64,000 nt of DNA, taken from assembly GCF_009914755.1 (NCBI RefSeq), contig NC_060933.1. One strand, written 5' to 3'. The notes under the pieces were generated by a model that worked only from the letters and a program-made list of their open reading frames with translations, did no database searches and was not told the origin of the DNA. The position numbers and the translations under genes were made by a program. The first letter of the stretch is position 1. Each line of letters opens with the position of its first letter. The stretch comes from the human T2T-CHM13v2.0 reference genome, Homo sapiens. This document shows, piece by piece, positions 1 through 13,471 of the stretch.

Positions 1-509
1 ACTAATTCTTGCCTTTTGTCTTTCATTGCAGTGAAAATTTGACATATCCCCAGACTGGACTGAGTGAGCTGCTTTAGGAAGCTGTATGTTTTTGGAATTT
101 AATTCAAATTTAAATGAGGTTTCCTGCATGTTTGGACATTATACCTCAGAGCCGTGGGTGCCAGAGCCCTGTCCTATGAATGTGTCTCTTCTGAAAATTG
201 CTCTAGGGATTGGTTTTACTGATTGGACAAAAAATATTTTGGACCAATTATAACAAAATAGCTCATTTCTCTTTTATATACATCATGCAATGTCTTCACA
301 ATCAGATTATGAGATCTCTAATTACAGAAGAGGATTTTTATATTTCCTACTAGCAAACATTTGTCCACAAAAGTTATGAAAAACAGCTGTTATCTGGAAT
401 GTGGCTTGAAATATATCCTGTTACTCTAAAATGGTATTGATATGATTTATAGTTGTCCTATTGCAGCGATTTTATAAGAACTCAATCCACAGCTCTTCTA
501 ACATGTCTT

Positions 510-2060
510 GACAGCTTTATTGAGATACAATTTACACATTAAAAAACTGCATGCATTTAATATGTACAATTTGAATATTTTTGGCATATCTATGCCCATA
601 GGAATTTATCATCTACAACCAAGAAAATCAACTCAGTCCCCTAAATTTTCTTCTGTCCCTATGTAATCCCTCTTCCTACCTGCCATCACTAGGTGGTATG
701 GGCTAAATTGTGCACTGCCCATCCCCTCCCCTCCCATTTTATATGTTGAAGTCCTAATCCCTAGCACCTCAAAACATGACTGTGTTTGGAAACAGGCCTT
801 CAAAGAGGTGATTAAGCTACAACAAGGCTGTTAGGATGAACCCTAATCTGATCTGACTGGTTTTCCTATAAGAAAAGAAAATTAAGACACACAAAGAGAT
901 ACCAGGGTATATTTACACATAGAGGAGACCGCGTGAGGTACAAAGAGAGAAGGCAGCCATCTGCAAGCTAACAAAAGAAATCTCAGAATGAAATCAACCC
1001 ACCAACACCTGATTTCAGACTTCTAGCTTCTGAAACTGAGAGAAAATATCTGTTGTTTAAACCATCAGTCTGTGGTACTTTCTTAGAGCAGCCCTAGCAA
1101 ACTATCATACCAGGCAACCACTGACTAGCCTTCTGTCACTATAGATTAGATTGTATTTTCTGGAATTTTATATAAATGTACTCTTTTGGTCTGGCTTGTT
1201 TCATTCAGTATAAGTTATTTGAGATCCATCCATGTTGGGTTGTATCAATAATTCATTCCTTTTTATTATTAATATTTTGTTGAATGGATATACCACAGTT
1301 TATTCATCCATTTATTTGTTACTGGACATTTAGGTTGTTTTCTGGTTGAACTGTTACAAATCAAGCTTCTATGGACATTTATTTACAAGTCTTTTATGGA
1401 TATGTGCTTTCTTTGATCTTGGGTAAATATCCAAGGTTGGAATGGCTGGGTCATATGATAGGAGTATGCTAACCTCTTTAAGAAACTGCTAAACTATTTT
1501 CCAAAAATTGTACCATTTTACATTCCCACCAGCAGTCTTTGAGAGCTCCAGTTGCTCCGTATCTTTGCCTAAAACTAGTATGGTCCATCTTTTTTAATGT
1601 AATTGTTCTAATAGGTATATAACAGTATGCTATTGTGCTTTTTAAATTTGCATTGTATTATGACAGTGGTATTGATGATCATCTTTTCATTGCTTATTTA
1701 CCGAAGTACATCTTTTTTGGTAAAGTGTTTACATTTTTGCATTCTTTTTTGAGTTGTTTTTTTATTACTGAGTTTTGCAGTTTTTAAGTATATTCTGAAC
1801 CCAAGTTCTTAATCAAATAAATGACTTGAAAATATACTCAGTCTTTTTATTCTCTCACTAGAGTCTTTTACAGAATAGACATTTTTCATTTTAATTAAGT
1901 CTATTTATCAATTTATTATTTTATGGATCATTTGGTATTGCATTTGGAAAAATCTTTGCCTAACCGAAGGTCAAAATTCTTCTCTTACATTTTCTTCTAG
2001 AATTTTTAAAGTTTTAAGATTTGAATTTAGGTTTCTAATCCATTTTGAATTGGCGTTTTT
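510..2060 (-). mobile_element. Old LINE-1 (L1MB-like) 3' UTR plus end of ORF2, interrupted by an MLT1 LTR
   Basis: Antisense L1M 3' end 'acagctttattgagatacaatttacac' at ~510. It resumes at 1111 with 'caggcaaccactgact...ttctgtcactatagatt', 'tccatccatgttg' and 'ccattttacattcccaccagcag'. Confidence 0.85.
694..1110 (+). mobile_element. MaLR solo LTR (MLT1A/B-like) nested in L1
   Basis: Starts 'tggtatgggctaaattgtg...tatatgttgaagtcctaatcc' and ends 'gcagccctagcaaactatcatac'. Approximate 5-bp TSD ctagg/ccagg. Confidence 0.85.
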
Positions 2061-2349
2061 GTACTACATTTTTTTTCCTTCACCTCTATATGTAGAATCA
2101 ATTAAGGTAATAATAGTTTCTATCTGAAATGTCCTGCTAACACACTTACCTATTTCAATACTCATTCTACCTTCCCGTCTCCCTGCATTTTGTTTTTTTT
2201 TTTTACATCCTTTCACCCAGGCTTTAGCTCCCATCTCCTTCTAAGTCCTCACGCCCTTGCTGTGTCTATGATACTAATGTGATTCAGACCATTTCTCTCC
2301 CAGTTTCTTTCCTTCATATATATGCAATTTTAAGTCTTTCTTATTTAAA

Positions 2350-2372
2350 ATAATAATAATAATAATAATAAT
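2350..2372 (+). repeat. (TAA)n microsatellite
   Basis: taataataataataataataat. Confidence 0.9.
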
Positions 2373-2479
2373 GCTTTTTGAAGCTGCATAGCTTTCTAAC
2401 TACATAACATTAACTTGCTTTGTTCTTTTCCTATAAAACTATTCTCTTGAAAGAATTATATATTCTCTCATTTCTCTCT

Positions 2480-3210
2480 CCTCCAACCAACACTGCCAGG
2501 TTTCTGGCCCAGTCATCGCACTGACACTATTCTTACCATCAACACTTGTGATTTCCCTTTGCCACTTATACAGATCCCATTTCAGCATTCATCACACAGG
2601 TCTCCCTGGGAGGCATTTACACTGTGGATCTCTGTTACTGGAAGGCATTTCCAAAGCTTGTCTGAGTCTTCCACATTGTCTCTCCTCTTTCTCTCTGTTA
2701 CTTGAGACATGTTTTCTCCATATTTTCTCTTCTCATTCTATACATTCCACTGGTGACCACACATAAAATCAAGGAATCAAATGCCACCTTTGAAAAATGA
2801 ATCTCCTAAGTAGATTTCTGGTCCAGACTTATTTACCCAGACCATCAACTTTCTGTTGTATATTTCCAATAGCAATGTCAAGTGCAATACGTGACAAACA
2901 TAATGCCATTCTTCTTTCACCTAAACACAGGGGTCTTTCATACTTCCTGTGGGGGTAGACGGCACATCATTAACCCTGTCACCTAACCACTGTCCCCTCC
3001 ATTCCCAATGAAAAATAACCCAGATATTTCAGTTACATCTCCTACATATGTCTCCAATCTATGCTTTCTCTTCATATCCACTGCTTCTCTCCTTAGTATA
3101 TCTCATCTAAAATTCTGGAATAGACTTCAGATGGACCTGCAGATTCTAATTCTTACCCTCTCAACATTCGACTTGTATATTGATGCATGAGTAAAGTTTC
3201 TGAAACACAA
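2480..3210 (+). mobile_element. L2 fragment (degraded)
   Basis: L2-like motifs 'ccaacactgccaggtttctggcccagtcatcgcactgacactattctt' and 'atgtctccaatctatgctttctcttcatatccactgc'. Confidence 0.6.
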
Positions 3211-4034
3211 ATATGTTTAGGGGAATCCCATGTAGATCATATATTTAGGCAACTCTAATACAGAAAAAATTGAACCCATTCTCATGTAACATTCAGATTG
3301 TTGTCTTTCTCTCACATCTCATCACTAACAACTGCTCTACACAAAATCTGAGATCTAGCAATAGCTAGCTTCATATAGTTTCCTGAGCATGGAATATTGA
3401 TACAACTTCCAGGCCTCAGATGAGTGGACAAAATTAAACTCACAAGGCAGTAATGGCATTCAATCCCTGAAAATTTCGCTGCTCTTTCTAAAAAGGTAAA
3501 ATATATTCTGCCTATTATAAAGTAAATGCTGACCTTCCTATTTTGTTTCTTTTCCTTTACGCTAATGGAAAATAACTTTATGATTTAAAATATAATTTAT
3601 TGTACTTATAATAATTTGTTTTGACTTGATGGTTAATGCTTGGGCATAACTTAAAATTAGAATAAAATGTATAAATGTAAAAGAATCATTTATGTACTAT
3701 AAATCATTGATATGATATTCTCAAAGTACTTTGTGAAAAGCACATTAAGAAGTATGGATCCTAATGCATAGGTAAGAAAACACAGAGATAGGTTAAAGAG
3801 CTAAAATATCATAAATCCCAACCTGTCTTACTTCCCATTATTTTTATCTGCCTGATATTAAAGATCCTTCTTATCATAAAATTATCTGCAAGGAAATGAA
3901 ACATTGAGTTCAGTACTGATGAGTCTTGAAAAAAAGAAACAGAATAAAAATTCACACACTATCTTTTCCATTTCACTTAGTGTCCTGAAGCCAAACAGGA
4001 GTATTCCCTAGAATTACTTGTAAAAACATTAGAA

Positions 4035-4170
4035 CAGGGTGCAAACCTGGATTCTACTGCTTGCTAGTTGTGTGACTTTAGGCAGATCATTCACCTCTGA
4101 CTATAAACTCACTTAAGAAGGGCCACAGTAAGAGCTAGTCCTCTTTAGTAAAAGAATTTAATGAAATATA
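4035..4170 (+). mobile_element. MIR fragment
   Basis: 'gcaaacctggattctactgcttgctagttgtgtgactttaggcagatcattcacctctg'. Confidence 0.7.
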
Positions 4171-4174
4171 TGTG

Positions 4175-4500
4175 TGAATCAGAATAGGCTGGGCTATGGA
4201 TTAAAGCTGTAAGTTTTATTTCCCTCTCATGCTCCAGATCTGTCTTGGCTGGGCAGCTGAGGTTTCAGCTTCATATTACCTTCTCTTCATGACACAGCCT
4301 CACATACCATCCACATCTACAATGCTGCCACTCTGCCAAGAAGGAAATGAGAACATGGTGTGTTGTATGTTGACTTTTAAAGCTTCCACATAGAAGTAAC
4401 ACATGTCACTTCTGCTCATATTTCATTGATCATATTTCAGGAGGAAGGAGAATTATATTCCTACCATGTGCTCCAGGATATATCCAGAAACATTTATCTG
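4175..4500 (-). mobile_element. Old MaLR LTR (MLT1I/J/K-like)
   Basis: 'aatcagaataggctgggctatg', 'aaagcttccacatagaagtaacacatgtcacttctgctcatatttcattg'. Confidence 0.65.
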
Positions 4501-4554
4501 TATCAATGTTTATATTAATATTTCATTTTGGCACACTCAACGGTAGTGAATGGA

Positions 4555-4660
4555 TAATAATAGCTCACTGTACTGAGGGCTTACTCTGTTCAGGGCACTT
4601 TGGTAAGGGCTTTGCTTCCATGATTTGATTTAATTTAATTCTCATATTGGCCCATAAGGC
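4555..4660 (-). mobile_element. MIR fragment
   Basis: 'ataatagctcactgtactgagggcttactctgttcagggcactttggtaagggcttt'. Confidence 0.6.
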
Positions 4661-4669
4661 AAGTGACTT

Positions 4670-5090
4670 GATCTGCCAGACATTATTTGTCCTTCTAATA
4701 TTCATTTCTCTGTTTGTTTGCTTTTTTTTATGACTAACAGAACTGAGATTTCATTTGAGATGACCGTGTTTAAACCTCACATTGTTCTTAAAGCTGTAGA
4801 GAAGGAGGTGAAAAACTTCTGGCCAAACTATGGTATGTGGAATTCCACAAAGAGAGCACCCCTTCTTAAAAGAAAAGATAAATGAGGCAGAAGGCAGAAA
4901 TAATATTAAGAGATAACAAAGCCATTTAGAGACAATAAGGTAAAAACCATGGAGGTGGGAAGGTAGTCGTGGTAACACTGACCATGACATCAGCATATGG
5001 CTGATCAGATACCAGCAGTCTGTTGCCTCTCACCTTCCTGTCCTGAGAGCTAAATAAGCTTGCTCTTTTTGAGCTGAATTTTAAAGGGTG
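4670..5090 (+). mobile_element. Old MaLR LTR (MLT1I/J-like)
   Basis: 'actaacagaactgagatttcattt', 'cttctggccaa' and the 3' end 'cttcctgtcctgagagctaaataagcttgctctttttgagc'. Confidence 0.5.
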
Positions 5091-6129
5091 TTCTCTTATT
5101 TTAATGTACATCTTTCTTACCAGATATAATTTATATATGCATGAGTTAATAACAAACCAAAATAAGTCATACACATGATAGATATACTGACCAACATAAC
5201 AAGATCAATTAATGCCAGAGCTTTAGAACTTGGATTTATAATGGCCTGACTCTAAAATTTTGGTGATTAACAAAGGACTATAAAATTTCCTGAATATTCA
5301 ATCAATTCTAAACAGTTCAGAGTCAAATCCTAGACACTTGATAATTCAAAACGTGATAATTGTCATTAATATAATTTTGGTATCACAAAGGAACTCAGCA
5401 ATTCTTGATGTTTATAAACAGAGTTTGTAAAAAAACAATGCTTCAGTTCAGTGGTATCAAAGTTTTATAATTAATGTAAGTTGGCAGTGTGATTTTAATG
5501 CTTAGATATATTTTTCAATGAAAGACTAATGATATGAGTGAATATAGGGTAACCAATACCTTCATTACACCTCAGTTCTTTCACATATGAATCGGAGTAG
5601 TTGATTAGGTAATACTCATTACTTTCTAGTCTGTGTAATCTATGATTTTACTGTGGTGATGAAAGCAGGTGCGTTTTAGAAATCTATCCATTCTTTTCAT
5701 AGTAGCCATATAGAGCAACTGGTACCTACTTGTTTTAATATCTATCTTCTCTAGGGCTGAAAATCTCATGAGGGTATGGCCATGCCTGTCTTGATTACTC
5801 TATGCTTCTCGAATTTAACAGAGGATCTGCTCAAAATATATTAATTGGTGAGAAGAATGTTAAATATCATTCCTCTTGGAAAAAGGGGCAGAAAACCTAA
5901 GAAAAAAAGCATCACTTTGAATTCAGCAGAGCAACTTGTATTCATTCTTTACTTTGTAACAGTGTGAACATTACAAGAGACAAAACTAAGTTTAAAGATA
6001 TAAAAATAGTTTCTCTCTACTTATAGATTTTTTTAAATTATTGATCTTGTGTTATTGTGTGTTCCTAGTCTCAGAAAGTAATGAAAATAATAGTAAATAT
6101 TAACCTTCAGAAATTGATTTTTTTCTGGA

Positions 6130-6560
6130 TTGAGAGTAGATCAACCTATTTGATAACATTGTGTTGATGATAAATAGCTTCTAAAAGTTGAGTGGTTTAG
6201 CAAAATAAAAGTTATTGAACATTTGCTCATGTCACAATCTTGTATGTGTCTTATTCAGTAGAATGGACTTCCTCCCTGAAGTAATCCTGGGATCTAGGTT
6301 CCTTCCATATCTGGTTGTGCTATCTCCTTGGCCTCATCTCCATCTGTAACTATGTGGCACAGAAAAAGTATGAGGGAGATTGTGTCACAGTACTTTATGG
6401 TCCAAACAGGTAAAGTTTCATATTACTAGCACAAAGACTCACTAGTAAGAACTCACATATATTGCCTCATCTAACAGCAAGGTAGACTGGGAAATGTAGA
6501 CTTACTGTTAATCCAAGGGAGGGGATAAAAATTTTCAGTAGAACTATTGGTTTTTGCTAC
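6130..6560 (-). mobile_element. Old MaLR LTR (MLT1K/L-like)
   Basis: 'agtggtttagcaaaataaaagttatt...ttgctcatgtcacaatc', 'gggatctaggttccttccatatc', 'aggtagactgggaaatgtag'. Confidence 0.6.
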
Positions 6561-8013
6561 TCTTGAATTAATAATTCTGTAATTTGCAATTCTATGGGAA
6601 ATAATATAGACCACACATCTATCCTTATATATTTACTCTGATCTTTTCGACTGCCCCTCAACCATCACTAAGCATTGGCTGTTTTATTTTGATGACGTTA
6701 AGGTTTGTAAAAATAAATTGAACCCATTTTGGAAATTTCACTGTGGAAGCTGCCAGTGACATTATTTAAGCTCCTTGCATCACATATTCTTACTTCCTTA
6801 AAAATCTCATCCGTGGAAGATTCTGTGATGCTAATTCAATCTCAGCCTCTGTACTAATTCACATTATTTCCATTAGAAGTTCCATTCATAACAGAAACTG
6901 GATAAGCATATAAAACACAGAATTGGAAAGACATTTAAATTAAATGTAATGAGTCAGTGGCTTCTGTATTCCCTTTATTATATACAAATGCCAAATGAAA
7001 CTTTCAGTAATGCCTAATGGCCATTGTTGGGTTTCATGATCATTTCACGTTTGCTCAAAAGTCAATTGAAATAATTGCCTTGGTTAAAATAATTGAAAGT
7101 CATCTGTAAAGTCAAACTGATTTACTGTGTGTGTATTTTCTCTCTACAAACAAGTACCTGCAAATAATTTTCAAATATTTTCTTATGTTTAAGGAAAAAC
7201 TAAAAGCAACATAGTAAGAATGAAGGGGGAAATATTTTAAAGTTATATTACATCATTTTTGACTTTGTTTCTAAAATTTAGACTAGTAAGTCTGATACCC
7301 ATTTAATAAGTTTTTACATGCAGGTCCTTATCTCGGTTCTTTGATTTTAAACAATGTTTTTACCCAATTAAATTTTAATTCTCAAGGGTCAGGGATTATG
7401 TCTTCCTGTTTCAAAATTATATCCTCTACCTATGTGCTAAGTACATTTTAGACATTCAATAACATATTTTAAATATTGAATATAAATATTGATTTCAAAT
7501 ATCAGATTCACTGACACACACACACAAACGCATATGCACACACACACAAAGGTTATTTTCTGTGTAACTAAGGAAAGTTACAATCTAAGTTTCAATTATT
7601 TAAATTATTTCTATAGACTGGTAGATGTGAAGAATCTTTTCTCAATACCTATGCATATATTATAAATCTTAAATAAGAGTAATACGTTTTATAGACACAT
7701 TAAACCTATTCTCGTTATACATTTTATTATCAAATTTTAAAGGAAAAAATATTTACAGAGCTAACAATATACTTGAATGGTAACTAACCATGTCTTTTGT
7801 TTTCTTGCCACAAGAGCTGGTATTGTTGTTTTATAACTCACAAAATACATAAGATTATTTTATAAGTAAATTAACATATAAATGTAGAAAACTCAAGCAC
7901 TCAATTGAAACATTATCAATAAGTAACTATACAACGCTAATTAACAACTTTTGTTTTATAATTGTGTGGTTTATCCAAAATATTTCCCAATTTCTATTTC
8001 TAATATCCCATTA

Positions 8014-8041
8014 CGCACACACATGGGTGCATGCACACATG

Positions 8042-8078
<37 letters not shown>
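8014..8078 (+). repeat. (CA)n/(GC)n alternating purine-pyrimidine microsatellite
   Basis: gcatgcacacatgcgcgcgcacacacac... with about 15 CA units. Confidence 0.9.
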
Positions 8079-8080
<2 letters not shown>

Positions 8081-8809
8081 CTTGGGTATCCTCCTTGTTC
8101 TTCCTTCAGTGTCATTGCCTTAATTATCACCATCACCACTGCCAATATCTCTACCTACTCTCAAAAATAAGTTAAGAGAAAAGACAAATCAGGATGTGAG
8201 TCACCAAGCATATAATCTTGACCACTCATAAGACAAAATATACTATATTTTGAACAATTTCAGAACATTTTCAGCAGGATTTGAAAAATGACTCTTCTAA
8301 CTTCTGGCCCCTTCAGGAAGTAGTTATCACATAAAATATGTAAAATCAGGACTATCTGTGAGAATTTGCCAAATATCTTATATAGTGAGTATATGGAAAT
8401 ACATTTCCTTCATTCTCTAAACATTCTTCCTTCCAATTCAGAGAAAATTCCTCTTTATAACCTTTGGGAACAAAATAATAAGACCCAGGCTGAGGCTGAC
8501 ATCACTTCACAGGAAATTATTCTTATTACTCATTCATTATATTTTAATTCTTTGAAAACTGACTCACTGTCATTCATTACTATTATTGAGAACTAGATAA
8601 ACTAGAATGAGGTTATTTTGACAATTCCATTTATTAGCATACTTGTTTTATGTAAACAAAAGAGTGCCTCTAAAATGCTTGCTGATTATTGAAAAGCAAC
8701 AATGAAAACTATTACAAATCACTTACTATTACATCTATTTTTGTATGATATGGGTCAAACAATTGTCTCAAAACAAAACTTCAAAATTTTCCTGGAGAAT
8801 ATAGGCAGT

Positions 8810-9216
8810 ATGAGAGGCATAATTTTGATGTTCCTACAAGATTCTCATCCCCTAGTTATTTAATCAAAGACTATGCTAGGTACTGCTCTGAAGGAACTTT
8901 GCAGATGAGGTTAAGATTATGAATCAACTGACCTTTAAATAGGAAAAGTTAACATGAATTTTCTGATGATGCTCTTAAAAGCAAAAGGAAGGCTGAAGAG
9001 ACAGTGAAATGCAGAAGGGGAAGGCTTAGAAGATACATGGTAGAAGGGAAAGTCAGAGAGATTCAAAGTGAGACAAGGACTCTACCTGCACTTGTGGACT
9101 TTGAAGGGGGCCATGAGCCAGGAAATGTGAGCAGGCCCAAGAAGCTGAGAATAATCAGCAAAGAAACTGAGACGTCCATCTTATAATCACCTGAAACTGA
9201 ATTCTGTCAACAACCT
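8810..9216 (+). mobile_element. MLT1E-like LTR, 3' truncated
   Basis: 'aagattctcatcccctagttatttaatcaaa...ctaggtactgctctgaaggaactttgcagatg', 'ggccatgagccaggaaatgtg', 'aactgaattctgtcaacaacct'. Confidence 0.75.
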
Positions 9217-10869
9217 TATTCTTCAAGACTTTGAAGGAGCATGTGGCATTATTTAGGCATGATAACGAAAACACAGAATCTTTAAAAGATATTCAGCATT
9301 CTTCTGAAAAAAATGAATGCATTAATAGAACATATTCTTTTGAAATATGAATGTAATCATTTCCAATGTTTGAAATGCTATAAATGATTCAGCATCTCTG
9401 TTTTCATAATTAGTGAAGCTTAAAGTCAGGGTCATAATCATTATTCTCTAACTGAACATTTAACTATAATAAAATATGTTAAGCTTTAGAGAAGAAAGAT
9501 ACCCAAACACAAAGTGGGATGTGCTAGGTACAGAATGTTATGAAACACTCAAACATGTACACCTAGGTGCATATATTCCCTGTCTTCAGAGCCAACTTAT
9601 TTCATCAAGCTCCTAGGTGAGGAGCTAAAACTGGTAGTTCTAATAGGGGATAATTTTCTGACCCTCCCAGAGCTGGTGAATAATAACTCATCTTCCTATG
9701 TACGTCTGGCCAGGTCCTGCCCACTATTCATGTTCAAGGCTATCAAGTGACCCAAACAGCTGTTGAAGAGAAAACACTAATCAGAAGAAAAGATACTACT
9801 CTGCTCTTCTAATATGTTTGAGGTCTATAACGTGACCTGCTCAATTTACCCTACGAACATAAAGTATAATATCATCTGAAAAAGTGACATCTGAGGAAAG
9901 GCAGCTGAACTGATTCACCACACCAGGGTGGGGAGAGTGCAAACACAGCAGGGTTGTTCTTGGGTACACTGGGTAGAGATCCCAAAGATGTGAAGATGCC
10001 TCTGGAGAGGGCCTCACATGTTCATTATTTTCAGCTGTTTTCTCAGGACATTTGTAGCTGCACACAGGCCGACCAGAGCACAGAAGATGCCCAGTCATAA
10101 AGAGCTGCAGACATGAGGCATATTTTAGAACCAGTCTGAACCTGGAGACAAATTAAATCCCCTACAAATCTGTATTTCGGTTTTGTTTTTGTTTTGTCTG
10201 ATGTTCTTTCCAGGACAAGCATACTGGGCCAAAAGTTTGGGACAGGACAGACAGCTGAGGAAATCAAATGGAAGGAGGAATAGTAAAGTTTCCATGTGGT
10301 AAGAATTTGGGGCTAAAGCAAATTAGATCACACCTGTCAGATTTGCTGCTGATTACCTCAAATTGTCTATTAATTTCCATGAATGTTCTGGACTTGTGGT
10401 CCAAATGTTTACTTTGAAACAAAATAACAGATTAGGAATTTTTGCATTTTTTGTGATATGATTCCCCAAAGTTAGCTGTTACCTTCCTTTCTTCTCTCTT
10501 CTTCTATCCTGAAATCAGACTTAAACATAAACTCTTAGAACCCAGTGGTTATATTTTATCTTAAAGTTCACATAGCAGTTAATTCAATGCTTGACAAATG
10601 AACAAGCTTAAATCTCTAATTGCATTCTAAATATACTCATGGAATTTAAAAACCTGATGATAGGAGAAAAAGCCTATATTTTTTACATCTCAGGTTCTAC
10701 TATACACTAGCCTAGGGTTAGCAAATATGTAGCCTCCAATTAAGTATCCATTGTGAACATTACTAATCTGTCACAAGAGTTTCCCACTGAAATGGCAAGA
10801 ATATCCATCTCAACACAGAGATCCAGATAGATACTCTTAATGATTACATATGCCATGTGGAGTGAAAAG

Positions 10870-11038
10870 AAAACACCTGCTGTGGAATGCTTTATTTTCT
10901 CATTGATAGATAAGGAATCTGAGAGGTAAAGAGTAAATACTTTGGAAAGAAGACAGAACTAGTAAGTGACTGAAATGAAATTTGAATTTCCTTCTGTATA
11001 GATTCAAAACCTTTGCTCTGTCTAGCCTACCACATTAT
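10870..11038 (-). mobile_element. MIR
   Basis: 'ctcattgatagataaggaatctgagagg...acagaactagtaagtgactgaaatgaaatttgaa'. Confidence 0.7.
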
Positions 11039-11094
11039 GTTTAAAAGAAAACATAATAAAATCTATTAAAATTAGAATATTTCACATATTCCAA

Positions 11095-11330
11095 CAGAGC
11101 ACTGTCTCTGGTTTCAGAAAGAATGGGTTCATATACTATCTTTGTCACTCATTGTTTCTGTGAGCTGGACATGGTTACTCAGGTTCTCTCTGCTCAGTCT
11201 CCTCATCTGTAAAATAGGGTAACTAATACCTATGTAATTGTACTCTTATGAGGAGTGAATGAGATAACACATGTGAATGCTTAGTCCATCACCTAATACC
11301 TAGTAACTACACATTAGAAGTTAGCATAAA
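11095..11330 (+). mobile_element. Near full-length MIR
   Basis: MIR core 'ctctgctcagtctcctcatctgtaaaatagggtaactaatacct...tgaggagtgaatgagataacacatgtgaatgcttag'. Confidence 0.85.
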
Positions 11331-12369
11331 TCATTTTTATTGTCACCTGCTGCACTGCATGAATGAAACTATGACTATAATGCAAATAATAAGATGGAAA
11401 TTATTATTGTAAACTATAATTATGATGTGTCAATTACTCATCTCAAGGAATAGAGCCAGTTAAGCATCATGAATATTTTTTCTCGCATTGATACCAAACA
11501 TAATTGTCTTCCATAAGTGCCCATTCCTATATTCCATGGCCCATTGAAATACTTTGTAAAAGTCCTATACTTCTAACAGAACTTATGGTAATATATAACT
11601 AGATAATGTAATTCATCATGCATAATGCAAGCCTAATTTGTTTGAAAAGCTGAAGAGTTTTATTTTATGGGGAATCACTATAAGCTGATAAGAAATGAAG
11701 ATAGAAGCAGATTATCTTTTCTCTTGCTTTGACCAGTCAGAATAACTGTCAGTGTTGTGTAAATTCAAGAGAGGCTGTTGGCAATGTAGTGGTGAGCGCT
11801 GCAGGGGATGGCAGCCATTAAGAGAAAAGCAGAGGTGGTGCTGAGAAATTAGAATGAGAAACTAAGCATCAGGATCTCCCAAGAGGTATGCAGTAGTCAT
11901 TCAATGGGAAGGCAAGAGATCAGACATTCACAGCACGGGGATCTGTACTACCACGCTGTGCTCTGCACTTTCGAAGGAGCCTATTAAATGACAAGGGTAA
12001 CACTGGAAAATACTAAAATCTCACCAAAATGCCTGTCATCTAGTGTTGAAATATAGCCTCATGGATGTAAGCTTCTACCATCTAAAGAAGCTACAGGGGC
12101 ACATTACAAGTCAGGAGTCCATCTAAAAGTACCCTGGGAATTCTCACAACCATGAGCAGAATTCTTAGAAGGGGAGAATTAAGCTCCATTTGTTTTCACT
12201 TTCATGCAGTTATTTTTTTTTAACTTTTGAGGAAATTGCTACTGCTGTCAGTGCATAACAATAAAGGACAGTATAGACGAAGGGTTAAACAAAGAAAAAC
12301 TGTCAAGCAGCACTAAAGGTGATTCTTCCTAAAAAGGTAATATATCAGGTCAGAAACAGAGTTGTTAGA

Positions 12370-12490
12370 CTCATTTTCCAGATAGGAAAATTAAAGTCCT
12401 GAGAAGTGACATGATTTGCACAGTTAGTGGCAGAGGTGACACTGAATGTCCAGTGTTACTTTTGGCTTTAAAATGTCACACCAGTGCCAT
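12370..12490 (-). mobile_element. MIR fragment
   Basis: 'cattttccagataggaaaattaaagtcctgagaagtgacatgatttgcacagttagtggcagag'. Confidence 0.65.
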
Positions 12491-12513
12491 ATGTACCTTA
12501 TCCTTTGACTCAG

Positions 12514-13471
12514 TGTGGTATGCCAACTTCCAAGATGGCCCCCAAGATTCTCACCCCATCATGAAACAAATCATCTTCCAGTTATTCAGTCAAACACTAG
12601 TCTAGATAATACTGCTGTGAAGGTCCCAATCAGTTAACATTAAGATAGGGAGATTATCCTCAGTGGGCTTGCCCAAATCAGTTGAGCCCTTAAAAAGACT
12701 GGACTTTTCCTGGCAAGAAAAATTTGAAGCATAAGGAAAATCTGATATGAGAAAGTGGTATGGACTAAATTGTGTACCCCTGAAGTTTATATGTTGAAAC
12801 TCTAACCCCCAATGTGACTGTATTTAGAGACAGGTTCTATAATGAAATAATAAAGACTAAATGGGGTCATAAAGGTGGGGTCTGGTGTCTTTATAAGAAG
12901 CAGAAGAGGTACTCCTCTCTTTGTAAGCACACAGAGGAAAGATCATGTGAGTACACAGCAAGAAGGTGGCTGTCTACAAGTCAGGAAGAGAGGCCTCACC
13001 AGAAACCTACCCTGACAGCACCTTGACCATGGACTTCTAGTCTCCAGAATAGTGAGAAAATAATTTTTAGTCAATTAAGCCACCTAGTCCATGGTATGTT
13101 ACAGCAGCCTGGGAAAACTAATACAGGAAGATTCTCCATTGCTCAGTTTTGGAGATTGAGAGGGTCATGCGACAAAGAATGTGGAAAGTGGCCACCAGCT
13201 GAGAGCCATCAAGGAAACAGGGACCTCAATCCTACAGCTGAAAGAAACTGAATTAAGATTCAACTATGTGAGCTTGGAAGACAACTTCAGGTTTCAGATG
13301 AGGACACAGCCCGCTGACACCTTGATTTCAGCCTTGTGAGAACCCAAACAGAGAATTCATGCCAATGCTCAGACTTCAGCCATTCAGAATTGGGAGCTTT
13401 TAATAAAGGGATCTTGTTTTAAGCTGCTAAATTGGTGAGTATGTTTTACAAAATGACAGAAAACTAATACA
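12514..13471 (+). mobile_element. MLT1E-like solo LTR, split by a nested MLT1A
   Basis: Begins 'tgtggtatgccaacttccaagatggcccccaagattctcacccc' and ends 'gacagaaaactaataca'. Confidence 0.8.
12756..13125 (+). mobile_element. MLT1A-like solo LTR
   Basis: 'tggtatggactaaattgtgtacccc...tatatgttgaaactctaacccccaatgtgactgtatttagaga' through 'cagcagcctgggaaaactaataca'. TSD gaaag/ggaag. Confidence 0.85.

Noticed and set aside
10870-11330. Inverted MIR pair as a hairpin or miRNA precursor
   Set aside because: The two copies are too diverged from each other for extended pairing that I can see.
11737-11791. Possible 55-nt exon (cttgctttgaccag| ... gtg|gtgagc)
   Set aside because: Only moderate splice signals and no coding signature. 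Matches like this are expected by chance.
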